Shown: positions 44,460 through 53,735 of the stretch, one piece after another
How the letters are laid out: each line of letters opens with the position of its first letter
How positions within the stretch are numbered: the stretch's first letter is position 1
DNA from: a virus
Taxonomy: Duplodnaviria; Caudoviricetes
Length of the DNA stretch: 53,735 bases
Virus record (IMG/VR): IMGVR_UViG_3300023223_000794
Span: 1-53,735 of that record
Strand: one strand, 5' to 3'
Notes under the pieces: generated by a model
What the model saw: only the letters and a program-made list of their open reading frames with translations
The model's database searches: none
Told to the model about the DNA's origin: nothing
Program-made: the position numbers and the translations under genes

Positions 44460-45197
44460 ATGGGATTAGCAGTAGTTGATATTTTCACGGGCGGTGATCA
44501 GTCTTTTAAGCTTGAGGATGTTCCGATTGCGCGAGGCATGTCTATGCCTGTGGCTGATCCATCTACTGTAGGTGGATCTGTTGGTACAAATTGGACGAAG
44601 TTACTGATTGGAATTCAATTTGCTATGGATGGAGCCGTGGATAACATTAGTAATCCTTACCTTTACCTTGGACTTTGTTCTGGCACGTCACAGATTCTAG
44701 GCGGTGGTGCACCAAGACATTTTATGGGTGGTCGTTTTGGTGGAGGGACTTTGACATATGCTGCTGGACCGCCTGAGTCTTTCTCAAACGGTGCAGGTGC
44801 CGTAACATTCCAGCGAAATCTTAATGGTACGGTAGTTGAAACTGGTTTTGGAGGCTCTTTTCAGAATAGATATTCTGGTGATCCAGAAGATCGTCGAGGA
44901 GTTCTTGCAATGCAGTTTGAGAAAACTGGAGGAAATATTGTTATGTGGGCAGGAGGTCAGGCAAACGCAACCACTTATCCTGATATTACTACGGTTAAAT
45001 TCAAGCAACTCTTTGATCTAACAGATTTGTCTGACATTGGAACTTGGGATTCAAACTATGCTGCTGTAGAAAACACTACTCCACTTTCAGACGAACAAGA
45101 TGTAACTAATGGTTGGTTAGATGCCATAAATATCTACTATAACAAAACTGCAATTCCGGCACACAAGTACGGGGTTCACTTTAAAAGGTTAGCATAA
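44460..45197 (+). CDS. Putative virion accessory protein
   Basis: 245 aa, Gly-rich and beta-rich. Confidence 0.55.
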   Translation: MGLAVVDIFTGGDQSFKLEDVPIARGMSMPVADPSTVGGSVGTNWTKLLIGIQFAMDGAVDNISNPYLYLGLCSGTSQILGGGAPRHFMGGRFGGGTLTYAAGPPESFSNGAGAVTFQRNLNGTVVETGFGGSFQNRYSGDPEDRRGVLAMQFEKTGGNIVMWAGGQANATTYPDITTVKFKQLFDLTDLSDIGTWDSNYAAVENTTPLSDEQDVTNGWLDAINIYYNKTAIPAHKYGVHFKRLA

Positions 45198-45739
45198 TGA
45201 GTGTTGGAGCACAAACAGTAAATGATAGGTTGCAGGGAAAAGCCGCAGCAACTGTTCCTGCGGCAATTAGTGATCAAGAACTTGTAGCTGCGTTGTTTGA
45301 TACCGTTGGAAGGTTAGTGACAGTCAGTGAGGATTTTGGACAGAAGCTTGCGAGGATAAGTGACATAACGCCAGCGGTAGCTAGATCTGCAACAATTTCT
45401 AATACACAACTTACAGCGCCAGGGAGGACGACTTATCAAGATATCTCGTGGGCTAGTTTTATAGCTTATCGAATTACAATTGCAGCTGTAGATACAGATG
45501 TAGATTTAAGTATTGTTCAAACTGATGATTTGGCAGATACTACTCCTGCTATTTCTCCTTTAGATTTTACAACCAAGGTGGCAGGATCAACACTTACAGA
45601 TCATGTAATTACAATTACAGTAAATGGAAAGTATTTATTGATTGCTAGGCGTATGGCAACACATGCTGCGTTAAGTTTTGATGCAGAAAATGGGGGGACA
45701 GCGGTAACAGTAGATAGCGCAACAATTATAGGAAGATAA
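45197..45739 (+). CDS. Putative virion accessory protein
   Basis: 180 aa, Thr/Ala-rich. Confidence 0.55.
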   Translation: MSVGAQTVNDRLQGKAAATVPAAISDQELVAALFDTVGRLVTVSEDFGQKLARISDITPAVARSATISNTQLTAPGRTTYQDISWASFIAYRITIAAVDTDVDLSIVQTDDLADTTPAISPLDFTTKVAGSTLTDHVITITVNGKYLLIARRMATHAALSFDAENGGTAVTVDSATIIGR

Positions 45740-45746
45740 AAATAAC

Positions 45747-46262
45747 ATGGCTAAAATTAACTTTAAAGAACAGTTTAATCCTAATGCTCCTAGAGCGGGA
45801 CAATTTGTTCCAGAAGAAGACCAGCATAAGCAAGAATCTGGTAGTCTATTAAGACCTGATTTTAATAAAGAAGATCCTGAACATCCTCTTATTGATCCAG
45901 GAGAAGTTACAAATACGGAACTTCGTAGGGCAGTTTTTGAGTCTTTAGCTGAAGGCATAGGGTTTGGCCAAGGATCAGGTTTAATTTACCGAGATTTAAA
46001 ACCGAAAAAACTTGCTACTGAACGTTGTCGTGCAATGTATAGAGAGGTCATGGAGATTAATGGAAATATGCTTTTTGTTAATTTTAATTCTCTCGATGAT
46101 TTTGATGCATATGAAATAGCAGTAGCAGAAAATACTCCGGGCGGGGATACTGATTTAGCTATAGATTGGTTAGCTCTTACAGCAGTACAGTACGGTCTTT
46201 TAGGTACAGCAACTTTTGATGAAGTAAAAGCAGTAATTCCAGATATTCCACAAGGGGTGTAA
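45747..46262 (+). CDS. Hypothetical protein in structural arm
   Basis: 171-aa ORF. Confidence 0.55.
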   Translation: MAKINFKEQFNPNAPRAGQFVPEEDQHKQESGSLLRPDFNKEDPEHPLIDPGEVTNTELRRAVFESLAEGIGFGQGSGLIYRDLKPKKLATERCRAMYREVMEINGNMLFVNFNSLDDFDAYEIAVAENTPGGDTDLAIDWLALTAVQYGLLGTATFDEVKAVIPDIPQGV

Positions 46263-47036
46263 ATGTCATTTAATATAAATATTCGCGATAGTAAACGTTT
46301 TACTGTCGATGATATAGGGTTTGGTTTAATTAGAGGATTATATCCAGGAGCTTTTCCTGTTATTCAAACAGGTAGTGTTGCCGGAATATCTGCGAATGTT
46401 AGAACAGTTGTTTGGAATGGCGCTTCTAGTGGTGACGAACCTTATCCTTGGCAAAATTCTGGTTTTTCTTTAGAGGTTGTTTCAAGTAGTCCTTTAGATG
46501 TTCAGGTTATAGAAATAGATGGATTAACTGTAGGACAAGAATTTCAGAATTCTGGACCACTCACTTTAAATGGAACAACTCCTGTAGCCGTTCCAGGGAC
46601 ATGGATTGGTGGTGTACACGGAGCAAAACTTTTAGCAAACAATGGCTTAGATATTAATGTAGGGACTATTGAAATTAGACTTGCAGGGGGCGGATTAGTT
46701 TTAGGAAAGATACTTCCAACAGAAGGTGCAACTCAAAATGCTATTTTTATGGTTCCTTTAGGTCTTACTTTATATATTCAAGCTATATTTCTTAGTTGCA
46801 TAGTTATGAATTTAGATTCTGTTGTAACTTTACAAATTTTTAAAAAGGACCCCGGAGGAACTTGGCAAGGACTAGTTCCTTTTAGCGCTGGTGCTCAATT
46901 TATTCCTTTTTTGATTCCATTTCCTGTTGGTCCCGGTTCTCAAGTAGAATTGCGAGGATTATGTAACAGAAATATGGCTACTATAAGTGTGGGATTTAGT
47001 GGTGTTCTTGTTCCGCCAGGCTTTGATGAATTTTAG
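46263..47036 (+). CDS. Putative virion structural protein
   Basis: VVSSSPLD...LTLNGTTPV...NVGTI...Q.AIFMVP.G pattern seen in phage beta-sandwich proteins. Confidence 0.55.
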   Translation: MSFNINIRDSKRFTVDDIGFGLIRGLYPGAFPVIQTGSVAGISANVRTVVWNGASSGDEPYPWQNSGFSLEVVSSSPLDVQVIEIDGLTVGQEFQNSGPLTLNGTTPVAVPGTWIGGVHGAKLLANNGLDINVGTIEIRLAGGGLVLGKILPTEGATQNAIFMVPLGLTLYIQAIFLSCIVMNLDSVVTLQIFKKDPGGTWQGLVPFSAGAQFIPFLIPFPVGPGSQVELRGLCNRNMATISVGFSGVLVPPGFDEF

Positions 47037-47042
47037 TTCATT

Positions 47043-48266
47043 ATGAGTAACGATAGTCATCCAGAAATTACTTTAGAGCGTTGGCGTGGAGCTGGAGCAG
47101 CATTCTCTCCGGACTTTAGCGCGTCGTTGGCGACCTTTGAGAAATATGGCTGGGCTGTTACCGGGAACCCTCTACATGTCGATGGGCCGACTGGTGGGAA
47201 GGCGTTAAGTTTTGATGGGGCGAGTAGACTGAACACGGGGAGTAAACCAGACCGAGGACTTACGGCTATTTCGATCTCGGTTTGGGCTTTTGTTGATCCT
47301 GATGATTTTGATGGTGGGGCAGCTACTATTCTCGATAATTCGGGATTATCCCCAGGCTCGAACAGCGGATTTGATTTATTATTCGATGATCGAGGAGGGG
47401 CGAACCCCACAAAAGGTGTTTTTTTTGAGTTTAAAGGTTCAAGCGGTAGAATAGGCAGATCAAATGATAATGTAATATCTGTTGCAGGTTGGTATCATAT
47501 TATATGCATCTACTCAGTCAACGTTTTTGAATTTTACATAAATGCAGTTGATGAAATGTCATCAGGAACGCCTGACGGAAACTATAACCCAGGTGACTTT
47601 AATCTAACAGTGGGAGCGAACACAACAGATGGAACATTTCCATTAACGGGACGTGTGGGAGATGTCCTGATCTTCCCCAGGGTCCTAACGGCAACTGAAG
47701 TCTCCCAAATCTACAACAACACCGTTTTCAAATACAAAGACAAGCTGATCAGCATGTGGCATGGGGATTCTCCGAATTGGAGAGATGCGATTGGAAGTAA
47801 TGACGGGACGGGAACAGGACTGGACGATACGAATATTGTAGCTGGGATCAATGGGTTGGATCGAGCGACGAGTTTTAATGGGACGGATGAGCGTGAGGAT
47901 ATGGGTGACATTGGATTGGTGAAAACCGTTGTTCATTTGGTTAATCCTGGCTCTACTACAGAACAGTTTACGCAATTGGATGCTGGTAAGTCAATTGATC
48001 TTTCAGGGGGGGCAGTGACTTATACGGGTATTACCGCATCCGCGACTTTTGTGGACGATGAAGCTAGCACAACCGTTGTGGCAGATAGGTTTCAGTTGAT
48101 TGTTTCAACATTTAACACGGCGATAGTCTCCGCTGATTTCTCGGTTGCTTATGACGGCACAAATTTTGGAGCTATTAAATCAAGTGTTGTCGGAGTATTC
48201 AGCGATGAACTCACCCAACTCCAAGTCACAGATATGAATAGGCTTATCCGACAAGGGACATTTTAA
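47043..48266 (+). CDS. LamG/concanavalin A-like jelly-roll protein (two domains)
   Basis: ALSFDG, ISISVW, GWYHIICIY, FYIN, GRVGDVLIFPRVLTATEVSQIY. Confidence 0.8.
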   Translation: MSNDSHPEITLERWRGAGAAFSPDFSASLATFEKYGWAVTGNPLHVDGPTGGKALSFDGASRLNTGSKPDRGLTAISISVWAFVDPDDFDGGAATILDNSGLSPGSNSGFDLLFDDRGGANPTKGVFFEFKGSSGRIGRSNDNVISVAGWYHIICIYSVNVFEFYINAVDEMSSGTPDGNYNPGDFNLTVGANTTDGTFPLTGRVGDVLIFPRVLTATEVSQIYNNTVFKYKDKLISMWHGDSPNWRDAIGSNDGTGTGLDDTNIVAGINGLDRATSFNGTDEREDMGDIGLVKTVVHLVNPGSTTEQFTQLDAGKSIDLSGGAVTYTGITASATFVDDEASTTVVADRFQLIVSTFNTAIVSADFSVAYDGTNFGAIKSSVVGVFSDELTQLQVTDMNRLIRQGTF

Positions 48267-48268
48267 AT

Positions 48269-48901
48269 ATGAGCGCGGTAGACCGTATATTTGATCCTTC
48301 GTTTCTCCAAGATTACTGGCCTTTGAACAAAGATGCTTTGGACTATAGTGGGCATGGGAGGGATGGGACGCCCACAGATTTGACGTTTGTGGAGGGGCCG
48401 TTTAACGGAAAGAACATTGGAGACTTTAACGGAAGCACAAGCGAAGTTGATCTTGACGATACAGTTTTACCAATAGGTTCTACTCCGCGTTCTATTACTT
48501 GTTTCTTTCAAGCAACTGATATAACTAGTGTAAAACTTTTTGATTATGGAACAGATACAACTGGGCAAAGGTTTGGTTTAGGAATTGGCGCAGGAAGTGT
48601 GCTAGAGTTTGACGGTTCTTCTGCTGACGTATCCGGAATTACAACTATTATTGCAGGACAACCTTATTTTACAGTAGTAACCTGGGATGGGGTAAGTTTG
48701 AAATTATATCTTAATAGCGTGTTTGAATCTGTTGGAACACCTACGCTTAATACAACACTTAGTGGTGGAGCTAAGATAGGAACTAAATTTGATGGTGCAA
48801 CTGAGGATTTCACTGGCCAAATTTGGAAAGTTAAGATTTTAAACGTAGCTCTTTCTGTTGAAGAAATTACAGTTCTTCATCAATTTGATAGTAATGCTTA
48901 A
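48269..48901 (+). CDS. LamG-like jelly-roll protein
   Basis: YWPLN..ALDYSG.G.DGT, VVTWDG..LKLYLN, F.GQI..VKILNVALS.EEI. Confidence 0.85.
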   Translation: MSAVDRIFDPSFLQDYWPLNKDALDYSGHGRDGTPTDLTFVEGPFNGKNIGDFNGSTSEVDLDDTVLPIGSTPRSITCFFQATDITSVKLFDYGTDTTGQRFGLGIGAGSVLEFDGSSADVSGITTIIAGQPYFTVVTWDGVSLKLYLNSVFESVGTPTLNTTLSGGAKIGTKFDGATEDFTGQIWKVKILNVALSVEEITVLHQFDSNA

Positions 48902-48902
48902 A

Positions 48903-49916
48903 ATGATAGCTAAGCAACCATATTCAATTTTTCCGGACTTAGAGATTACTACTTTAGAGGGCGTTTACTTTACGTTAGAAACGTCGTATAGCGGAGCTGA
49001 TGGTAGTGATAAACGTAATAATGCTACTTCTTTAACAAATGCATCTTTTCAAAGTGATGGTTCTGTAAGTTTTACCGCAGGGGATTTCGTTATTCCATCT
49101 ACAACGTTTACTACTCAAATCTATTGGATAAATGAAAGTGGTCAATGGAATCGTTACGTGGATAATGGGACTTTGATTTATAAGAATACTGTAGTGGTTG
49201 GATCAAAGCCTTTGACTATAACGTCTACAGGTTTTACAGGTGAAACTGTTCATGTTAAAGGGATTGAGTTATATTCTCATGTATACACTGTAGATGAAAT
49301 TAACGCAGATTTCCAGAAAGCTGTACCTGATTCGAACGTTGCATTCCTTACTAGTAACTTCATTGAAGATTTCAGCCGTTTTGGAGCAGGATTAACTCCT
49401 ACTGCTGTTTCCTTTCTTTCACGGTCTGCGCTTTTTCCTGTTGCTACTAGCGTAGTAGTCAGTGATAATGACTTTGCTCCTGTTGGTAATTGGAGTTGTG
49501 CGGGATGGTTAAGGTTAGCTTCATTTGGTGGTAGTAGTCTTGGTCGAATTTTGGACAATGGAGAAACTATTCTTCGTGTTGATGATACTAATGACACGCT
49601 TTCCTTCGCCTCGGATGGCTCTACATTTGCAGTCTCGGCAACGAATAGCTTGGAGTTAAATCGCTGGATTATGTTCGGGATACGTCGAGCTGCTGACGGA
49701 ACTTGCGACTTCTTCGTAGATGGAGAGATTAACGGAACAGAAAGTCAAGCTTCAGGAACGCCGGCCGCTGGAACTACTTCTATGCACATAGGAAATGACT
49801 CTTCGTTTACTCCAGTGTTCGATGGAAAATTAACGTATTTTACTGTTTGGAATGGTTCACGTTCACGAGGAGAGTTTCGAAATTTCTATGAATCAACTAG
49901 ATCTTTAATTGGATAA
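48903..49916 (+). CDS. LamG-like jelly-roll protein
   Basis: WSCAGWL, LNRWIMF, FFVDG, HIGN...FDGKL..FTVWN; start taken as ATG 48903. Confidence 0.75.
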   Translation: MIAKQPYSIFPDLEITTLEGVYFTLETSYSGADGSDKRNNATSLTNASFQSDGSVSFTAGDFVIPSTTFTTQIYWINESGQWNRYVDNGTLIYKNTVVVGSKPLTITSTGFTGETVHVKGIELYSHVYTVDEINADFQKAVPDSNVAFLTSNFIEDFSRFGAGLTPTAVSFLSRSALFPVATSVVVSDNDFAPVGNWSCAGWLRLASFGGSSLGRILDNGETILRVDDTNDTLSFASDGSTFAVSATNSLELNRWIMFGIRRAADGTCDFFVDGEINGTESQASGTPAAGTTSMHIGNDSSFTPVFDGKLTYFTVWNGSRSRGEFRNFYESTRSLIG

Positions 49917-50217
49917 GACTATGAAAGCAAGTAGAACTGACATTTACATTGGTACGGCTTTGGCTACTCTGGTGCTTTTCTTGGGTTGGCTTTCTACTCA
50001 ACAGGCTAATACTAAATCTCGTGTAACAATTATTGAAAACAGTTTTAGCAGTCCGGAAAAGTTGGGTGAGCTTTCTAGCTCTTTGCGTAAGTTAATTGAT
50101 GGTAATGTACTAACCGCCAGAGAAGAACGAAAAGAAATTTTACAGAGTGTTAACACATTGAATCTTGCAGTAGCAGTCTTGGATGAAAGGGTTTCTCGTA
50201 TTTTAGAAGAAAAATAA
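49909..50217 (+). CDS. Membrane-anchored coiled-coil protein (possible lysis-related)
   Basis: N-terminal TM segment followed by heptads. Confidence 0.55.
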   Translation: MDKTMKASRTDIYIGTALATLVLFLGWLSTQQANTKSRVTIIENSFSSPEKLGELSSSLRKLIDGNVLTAREERKEILQSVNTLNLAVAVLDERVSRILEEK

Positions 50218-50222
50218 ATGTT

Positions 50223-50738
50223 ATGAATTCTGAAGATGGCGAAGGGGGCCAAAGGGGAATAGAAGAAAATCATGCATCACTAGTCGTTGACTTAATGGTA
50301 AGAAAAGGCTATCCGGTAGTTCAACCAAGTCATGAATCGCACAAAAACAATTTCTTTAAATTTACAGTAATTTCCTTTGGCTTTATCCTAGGTCTACTCT
50401 TAGTTTGCAATTTAAAGATTGTCTCACAGTGGCGAATAACAATCGATGAAGATTTAAAAACCGTAGATCAAAAGTTAAAAGCTTCCCTGATCGTACCGCT
50501 TCTGTTACACTCGAATGTAACTAAAAACACTGCGATATTAAATGGCACGAAAATTGCTGTAAGTAGTTTAGAGAAGGCGAAAAACGAAAACACTATTCGA
50601 ATAAATAACTTGTATATGATGCTTGAGCAAGTGCAATTTGATTTGAAAACCCTCAAGAGTGAAAATCTTATACTCCTTGATTCGATGGTAAATGGAAATA
50701 ACGAAGTAGTAAGAACCCCAAAGAAAGAAAAATTATGA
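50223..50738 (+). CDS. Membrane-anchored coiled-coil protein
   Basis: TM segment FTVISFGFILGLLLVC followed by coiled coil. Confidence 0.55.
   Translation: MNSEDGEGGQRGIEENHASLVVDLMVRKGYPVVQPSHESHKNNFFKFTVISFGFILGLLLVCNLKIVSQWRITIDEDLKTVDQKLKASLIVPLLLHSNVTKNTAILNGTKIAVSSLEKAKNENTIRINNLYMMLEQVQFDLKTLKSENLILLDSMVNGNNEVVRTPKKEKL
50543..50558 (+). promoter_or_regulatory. Sigma54 (-24/-12) promoter, internal to a CDS, facing the tail genes
   Basis: TGGCACGAAAATTGCT, a full match to TGGCACG-N4-TTGCW. Confidence 0.65.
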
Positions 50739-50911
50739 GTTACCGTGATGATTTACCAGAGATTGACTGTGAAATAGGTGTTGATGTTATGGAACCGCCA
50801 GAGTTTAGTCCGTCTTCGATTTCTAGATTTCCCTTGAGCCCTCATGGGCAGCCTGTAATACCAATACCAAATCCTTCGTGTTCCATCAGCCCTAATACTT
50901 GCAGTCCTTGA
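50735..50911 (+). CDS. Small Pro/Cys-rich protein (58 aa, not in ORF track)
   Basis: MSYRDDLPEIDCEIG...NTCSP; ATGA overlap; fills the gap. Confidence 0.5.
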   Translation: MSYRDDLPEIDCEIGVDVMEPPEFSPSSISRFPLSPHGQPVIPIPNPSCSISPNTCSP

Positions 50912-50917
50912 CCTATC

Positions 50918-51319
50918 ATGAGTGATCTAAGCGATGCGCTAGAATTAGAATTTGGCCAGCACTTTACTGGTATTACAGCAATGACACAACCTGCGGCGTT
51001 GTGGGTAGCGTTGTTTACAGCTGCACCTACAGACGCGGGCGGGGGCACTGAAGTTTCAGGCGGAAGTTACGCGAGGATTAACATGGGAGTAGGTGCTGGA
51101 AATTGGACAGATGTAGGGGATGGAAGTTTTACTAACGCGAACGTTATCACTTTCGTTACACCTACAGCAGACTGGGGAACTGTAACGCATTTTGCATTGT
51201 ATAGCCTCGTAACTGCAGGGACTCTCTACCTGCACAGCGCTTTAACTGTGACAGAGATTATCACTAGTGGTTCTCCTGTAATTTTTCCTGTTGCTGCGTT
51301 AACGTTTACACTTGACTGA
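50918..51319 (+). CDS. Conserved small phage tail-fibre-associated protein
   Basis: LWVALFTAAPTDAGGGTEVSGGSYAR...ITF.TPTADWGTVTHFAL, a widespread phage motif. Confidence 0.8.
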   Translation: MSDLSDALELEFGQHFTGITAMTQPAALWVALFTAAPTDAGGGTEVSGGSYARINMGVGAGNWTDVGDGSFTNANVITFVTPTADWGTVTHFALYSLVTAGTLYLHSALTVTEIITSGSPVIFPVAALTFTLD

Positions 51320-52350
51320 TGGCTCTTGCTGATCACAATCCTAACACTGTTGTTCATTGTCGAATGGACGAAGCTCTTGGTGGTCATAATCTTCGAAACC
51401 TGGCAGGCACAGATATTACTGTAGTAAACTCTCCTGTGGTTGCCTTAGCAGCATTTCCGGGAATTTCAGGGGAAGGATTTACCGGAGCGCGAGGTTTTTT
51501 TAACGTTGGAGATATATCAAGTGAAGAGCGGCAGTATGCGATTAATATTGCACCTGACACGAAACTGACAGGTGGTGCTAATTCATTCTCTGTAGCTTTC
51601 TGGTATAAGGCGGATTTTGGCACACAGTTAACCAACGCAACAGATACTCTTTTTGGTTATTTTAAAAACAATAGTGCATTTGGACGTAACACTATTGTTC
51701 TTGGCCGGCGCAGTGGGGAATTTCGTTATACTGCATTTTATGGTGCTTCCTTTGGTGATAATATAGTAGTACAAGGGCCTTTGTCTATTTCCGACGGCGA
51801 ATGGCACAGTGTAGTATTTGTTTGGAACATAGCGACTACCAGTATTATTATTTATCTCGATGGCTCTGCAAATAGCATGTCAACAGTAGACGCGAATTTA
51901 GCAACAGTAAATGTTGATGCAGACGAGGCTCCCTTGTATATTGGCTGGGCTGACATTGCGTCGCAGAGATCAGCCGAAGGTGAGTTCGATTTATTTTCTA
52001 TTTGGGATCAAGTTGCGTTAACGCCTACTGAAGTCGATGAGTTTCACACAGATCAAGCACAGGGTCTTTGGTATGGTCGAAATGTAGAAGGAGAATTCGA
52101 GGGCGTAGGAATATTTGCGGGAACATTAGAAATTTCAAGAGAGTTGAACGGAACTTTTAGCGGTGCTGGATTTCTTGAAGGTACTTTGAACGTTAACGGA
52201 AATTCTCTTACCGGAAAGTTTAGTGGTTCTGGCTTTCTTACTGGAACTCTTCAGGTGGGCGATAACGTTGTAACGCACACGCTTCCGAGAACACTCACGG
52301 AAGAAGGTCGGAAATTGCCAAGAACCTTAACAGCTATAAAGTTAAACTAA
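51319..52350 (+). CDS. LamG-like protein with C-terminal G-x-F-x-G-x-G repeats
   Basis: FSVAFWYK, DGEWHSVVFVW, IYLDG, GEFD.FSIWD..LTPTEV; three repeats GEFEGVG / GTFSGAG / GKFSGSG. Confidence 0.8.
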   Translation: MALADHNPNTVVHCRMDEALGGHNLRNLAGTDITVVNSPVVALAAFPGISGEGFTGARGFFNVGDISSEERQYAINIAPDTKLTGGANSFSVAFWYKADFGTQLTNATDTLFGYFKNNSAFGRNTIVLGRRSGEFRYTAFYGASFGDNIVVQGPLSISDGEWHSVVFVWNIATTSIIIYLDGSANSMSTVDANLATVNVDADEAPLYIGWADIASQRSAEGEFDLFSIWDQVALTPTEVDEFHTDQAQGLWYGRNVEGEFEGVGIFAGTLEISRELNGTFSGAGFLEGTLNVNGNSLTGKFSGSGFLTGTLQVGDNVVTHTLPRTLTEEGRKLPRTLTAIKLN

Positions 52351-52351
52351 T

Positions 52352-52846
52352 ATGAGAGCTAATGAAGTAATTACTTTAGAAGCATTTAGTGATACGACAG
52401 CTTCAGATGCTAGTGGAGCCCATGCTTCGTATATATTTCGTCGATGGGATATTACGTTGAAGGCCCCTTTTCGATTGTACAGAATACCGAAGCCTATTGA
52501 CGTAACATTTATTCTTTCTGTAAGGGCTGCTGGAACTGGCCCTGTTTCTGCAAGATATATGCTCTGGGAAGATGAAGCTGCTCGGATGCCTTCAGATGCT
52601 ACGTTATATAGGAGTGAGAAACTTCCAGCAGTGGCAACCTTTGAAGCCTGGACAATTGTCGACCAGACTACTCCAGCTTTAGCAGAAGATTTGAACCTTC
52701 GTACAGGGTTACATGCAGATGACATATCTTGTGATGCAGATGACGAGTTAAGTACAGCAGCTACGATTGTTAAACTATACGCTGAGCTTCCTTGGCTTAA
52801 TCCAAATGCTGGGGTACCTTTAGTCTTTAACGGAGCCTATGCTTGA
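52352..52846 (+). CDS. Hypothetical protein in tail region
   Basis: 164-aa ORF, tightly packed. Confidence 0.55.
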   Translation: MRANEVITLEAFSDTTASDASGAHASYIFRRWDITLKAPFRLYRIPKPIDVTFILSVRAAGTGPVSARYMLWEDEAARMPSDATLYRSEKLPAVATFEAWTIVDQTTPALAEDLNLRTGLHADDISCDADDELSTAATIVKLYAELPWLNPNAGVPLVFNGAYA

Positions 52847-53735
52847 GCCTGAAATAGAGTGTATTCAAATACTTCCGGTTTTTACCATGTGGTCTAAGCC
52901 GTGGCTGTACGGTCGTGATGAAGGTAAAGTAACGTGTGGATATGAAGTACAACAACGCATACGTTATGATCTTGCATATGCCAGCGCTTCGATATTACTC
53001 GCAATAAAACACTATGGTCGTGCGATAGTTTATGCAGATGAGTTCTTTCACGGAGTTATAAAGAAGCTGGGATTTAACGTAGGCGTTGAGGTAATCCTAG
53101 AGGATCTTCCTGCTACTCCACCTTTAGATCAGTTATTCTACACTGCGTATAAGTTAGCTGTAGTTGCTGATGCACAAGAAACTTATATAGATAATGGACT
53201 CTGCAAAACATTAGTGCATCTCGATTTAGATGTGTTTTTGTTAGAGCCCTTAGCCGTGAATGAGAACGATTTGGATAATACTATACTTGTGCAGTCCTCA
53301 GAGTTATTTTTTCCGAATCACATGCATTACGTGGATTTTTACTTATACCTAAAGGACAAAGTTAGGTTTGAATTCACTAGACAAGAACATGATTACTTTC
53401 AAGACATTCTTAATGGTCGAGCGTTTAACACAGGGATCATGATATTAGATTGCTCTGCTCGAATGCGTCCTTTAGCTACAGCCTCGTTAGATTTATTCCA
53501 GAGATTAACGAAACATATCCTAGAACTTAAAAAGTATCGAAGTATTTCATTTCCTTCAGCTTTCGTAGAACAGGGAACTGTAGGTCTGGCAGCGTGTAAC
53601 CATTGGTTTCAAGTAAAGACCTTGTTTCCTGAGGGTAAAATTCCTATCGCACAAACTCTAGACATTGGTTACGCGCACTACTTTTACCTTGCTAAATACC
53701 AGGCAGAGTATTTTCGATCGATTCTTGAGTTAATC
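52839..53735 (+). CDS. GT-A glycosyltransferase-like (DUF6734-like) protein, 324 aa, continuing across the junction to base 222
   Basis: Hand translation is open from ATG 52839: FTMWSKP...YADE...YK...LVHLDLDVFL (DxD)...FNTGIM...FVEQ...GYAH. Confidence 0.75.
   Translation, partial: MLEPEIECIQILPVFTMWSKPWLYGRDEGKVTCGYEVQQRIRYDLAYASASILLAIKHYGRAIVYADEFFHGVIKKLGFNVGVEVILEDLPATPPLDQLFYTAYKLAVVADAQETYIDNGLCKTLVHLDLDVFLLEPLAVNENDLDNTILVQSSELFFPNHMHYVDFYLYLKDKVRFEFTRQEHDYFQDILNGRAFNTGIMILDCSARMRPLATASLDLFQRLTKHILELKKYRSISFPSAFVEQGTVGLAACNHWFQVKTLFPEGKIPIAQTLDIGYAHYFYLAKYQAEYFRSILELI
53592..53735. repeat. Direct terminal repeat, right copy
   Basis: Identical to 1-144. Confidence 0.97.

Noticed and set aside
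47043-52350. Diversity-generating retroelement acting on the lectin-like genes
   Set aside because: No reverse transcriptase gene, and no template/variable repeat pair noticed.

Overview
The window is very probably one complete circularly assembled dsDNA tailed-phage genome: bases 1-144 are repeated exactly at 53592-53735, giving a unit length of 53,591 bp. The layout is podovirus-like with two arms diverging from ~32.7-33.0 kb. The minus arm (32.7 kb down to 11.6 kb) carries early and replication genes: a papain-like protein, a structured-RNA cluster, an SF2 helicase, a sigma54 activator, a Cas4-like nuclease, a Sak4-like ATPase, an SSB, a family A DNA polymerase split over two genes, a DUF3987-type helicase and MazG. 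The plus arm (33 kb through the junction to 11.6 kb) carries terminase, portal, scaffold, capsid, many LamG/beta-sandwich virion proteins, a glycosyltransferase-like gene crossing the junction, tail adaptor/nozzle and internal virion proteins. I recognised no integrase, RNA polymerase, sigma factor, primase or endolysin. The best candidate new system is a phage sigma54 transcription programme: a bacterial enhancer-binding-protein AAA+ domain with no HTH (25275-26186), plus five correctly spaced -24/-12 promoters (TGGCA-N6-WTGCT) all facing local transcription. Also notable are four tandem structured RNAs including two aberrant tRNA-like molecules, the split His762-type PolA, and a tail nozzle fused to a degenerate metallophosphoesterase. 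All family assignments come from motif recognition by eye, not from database searches.
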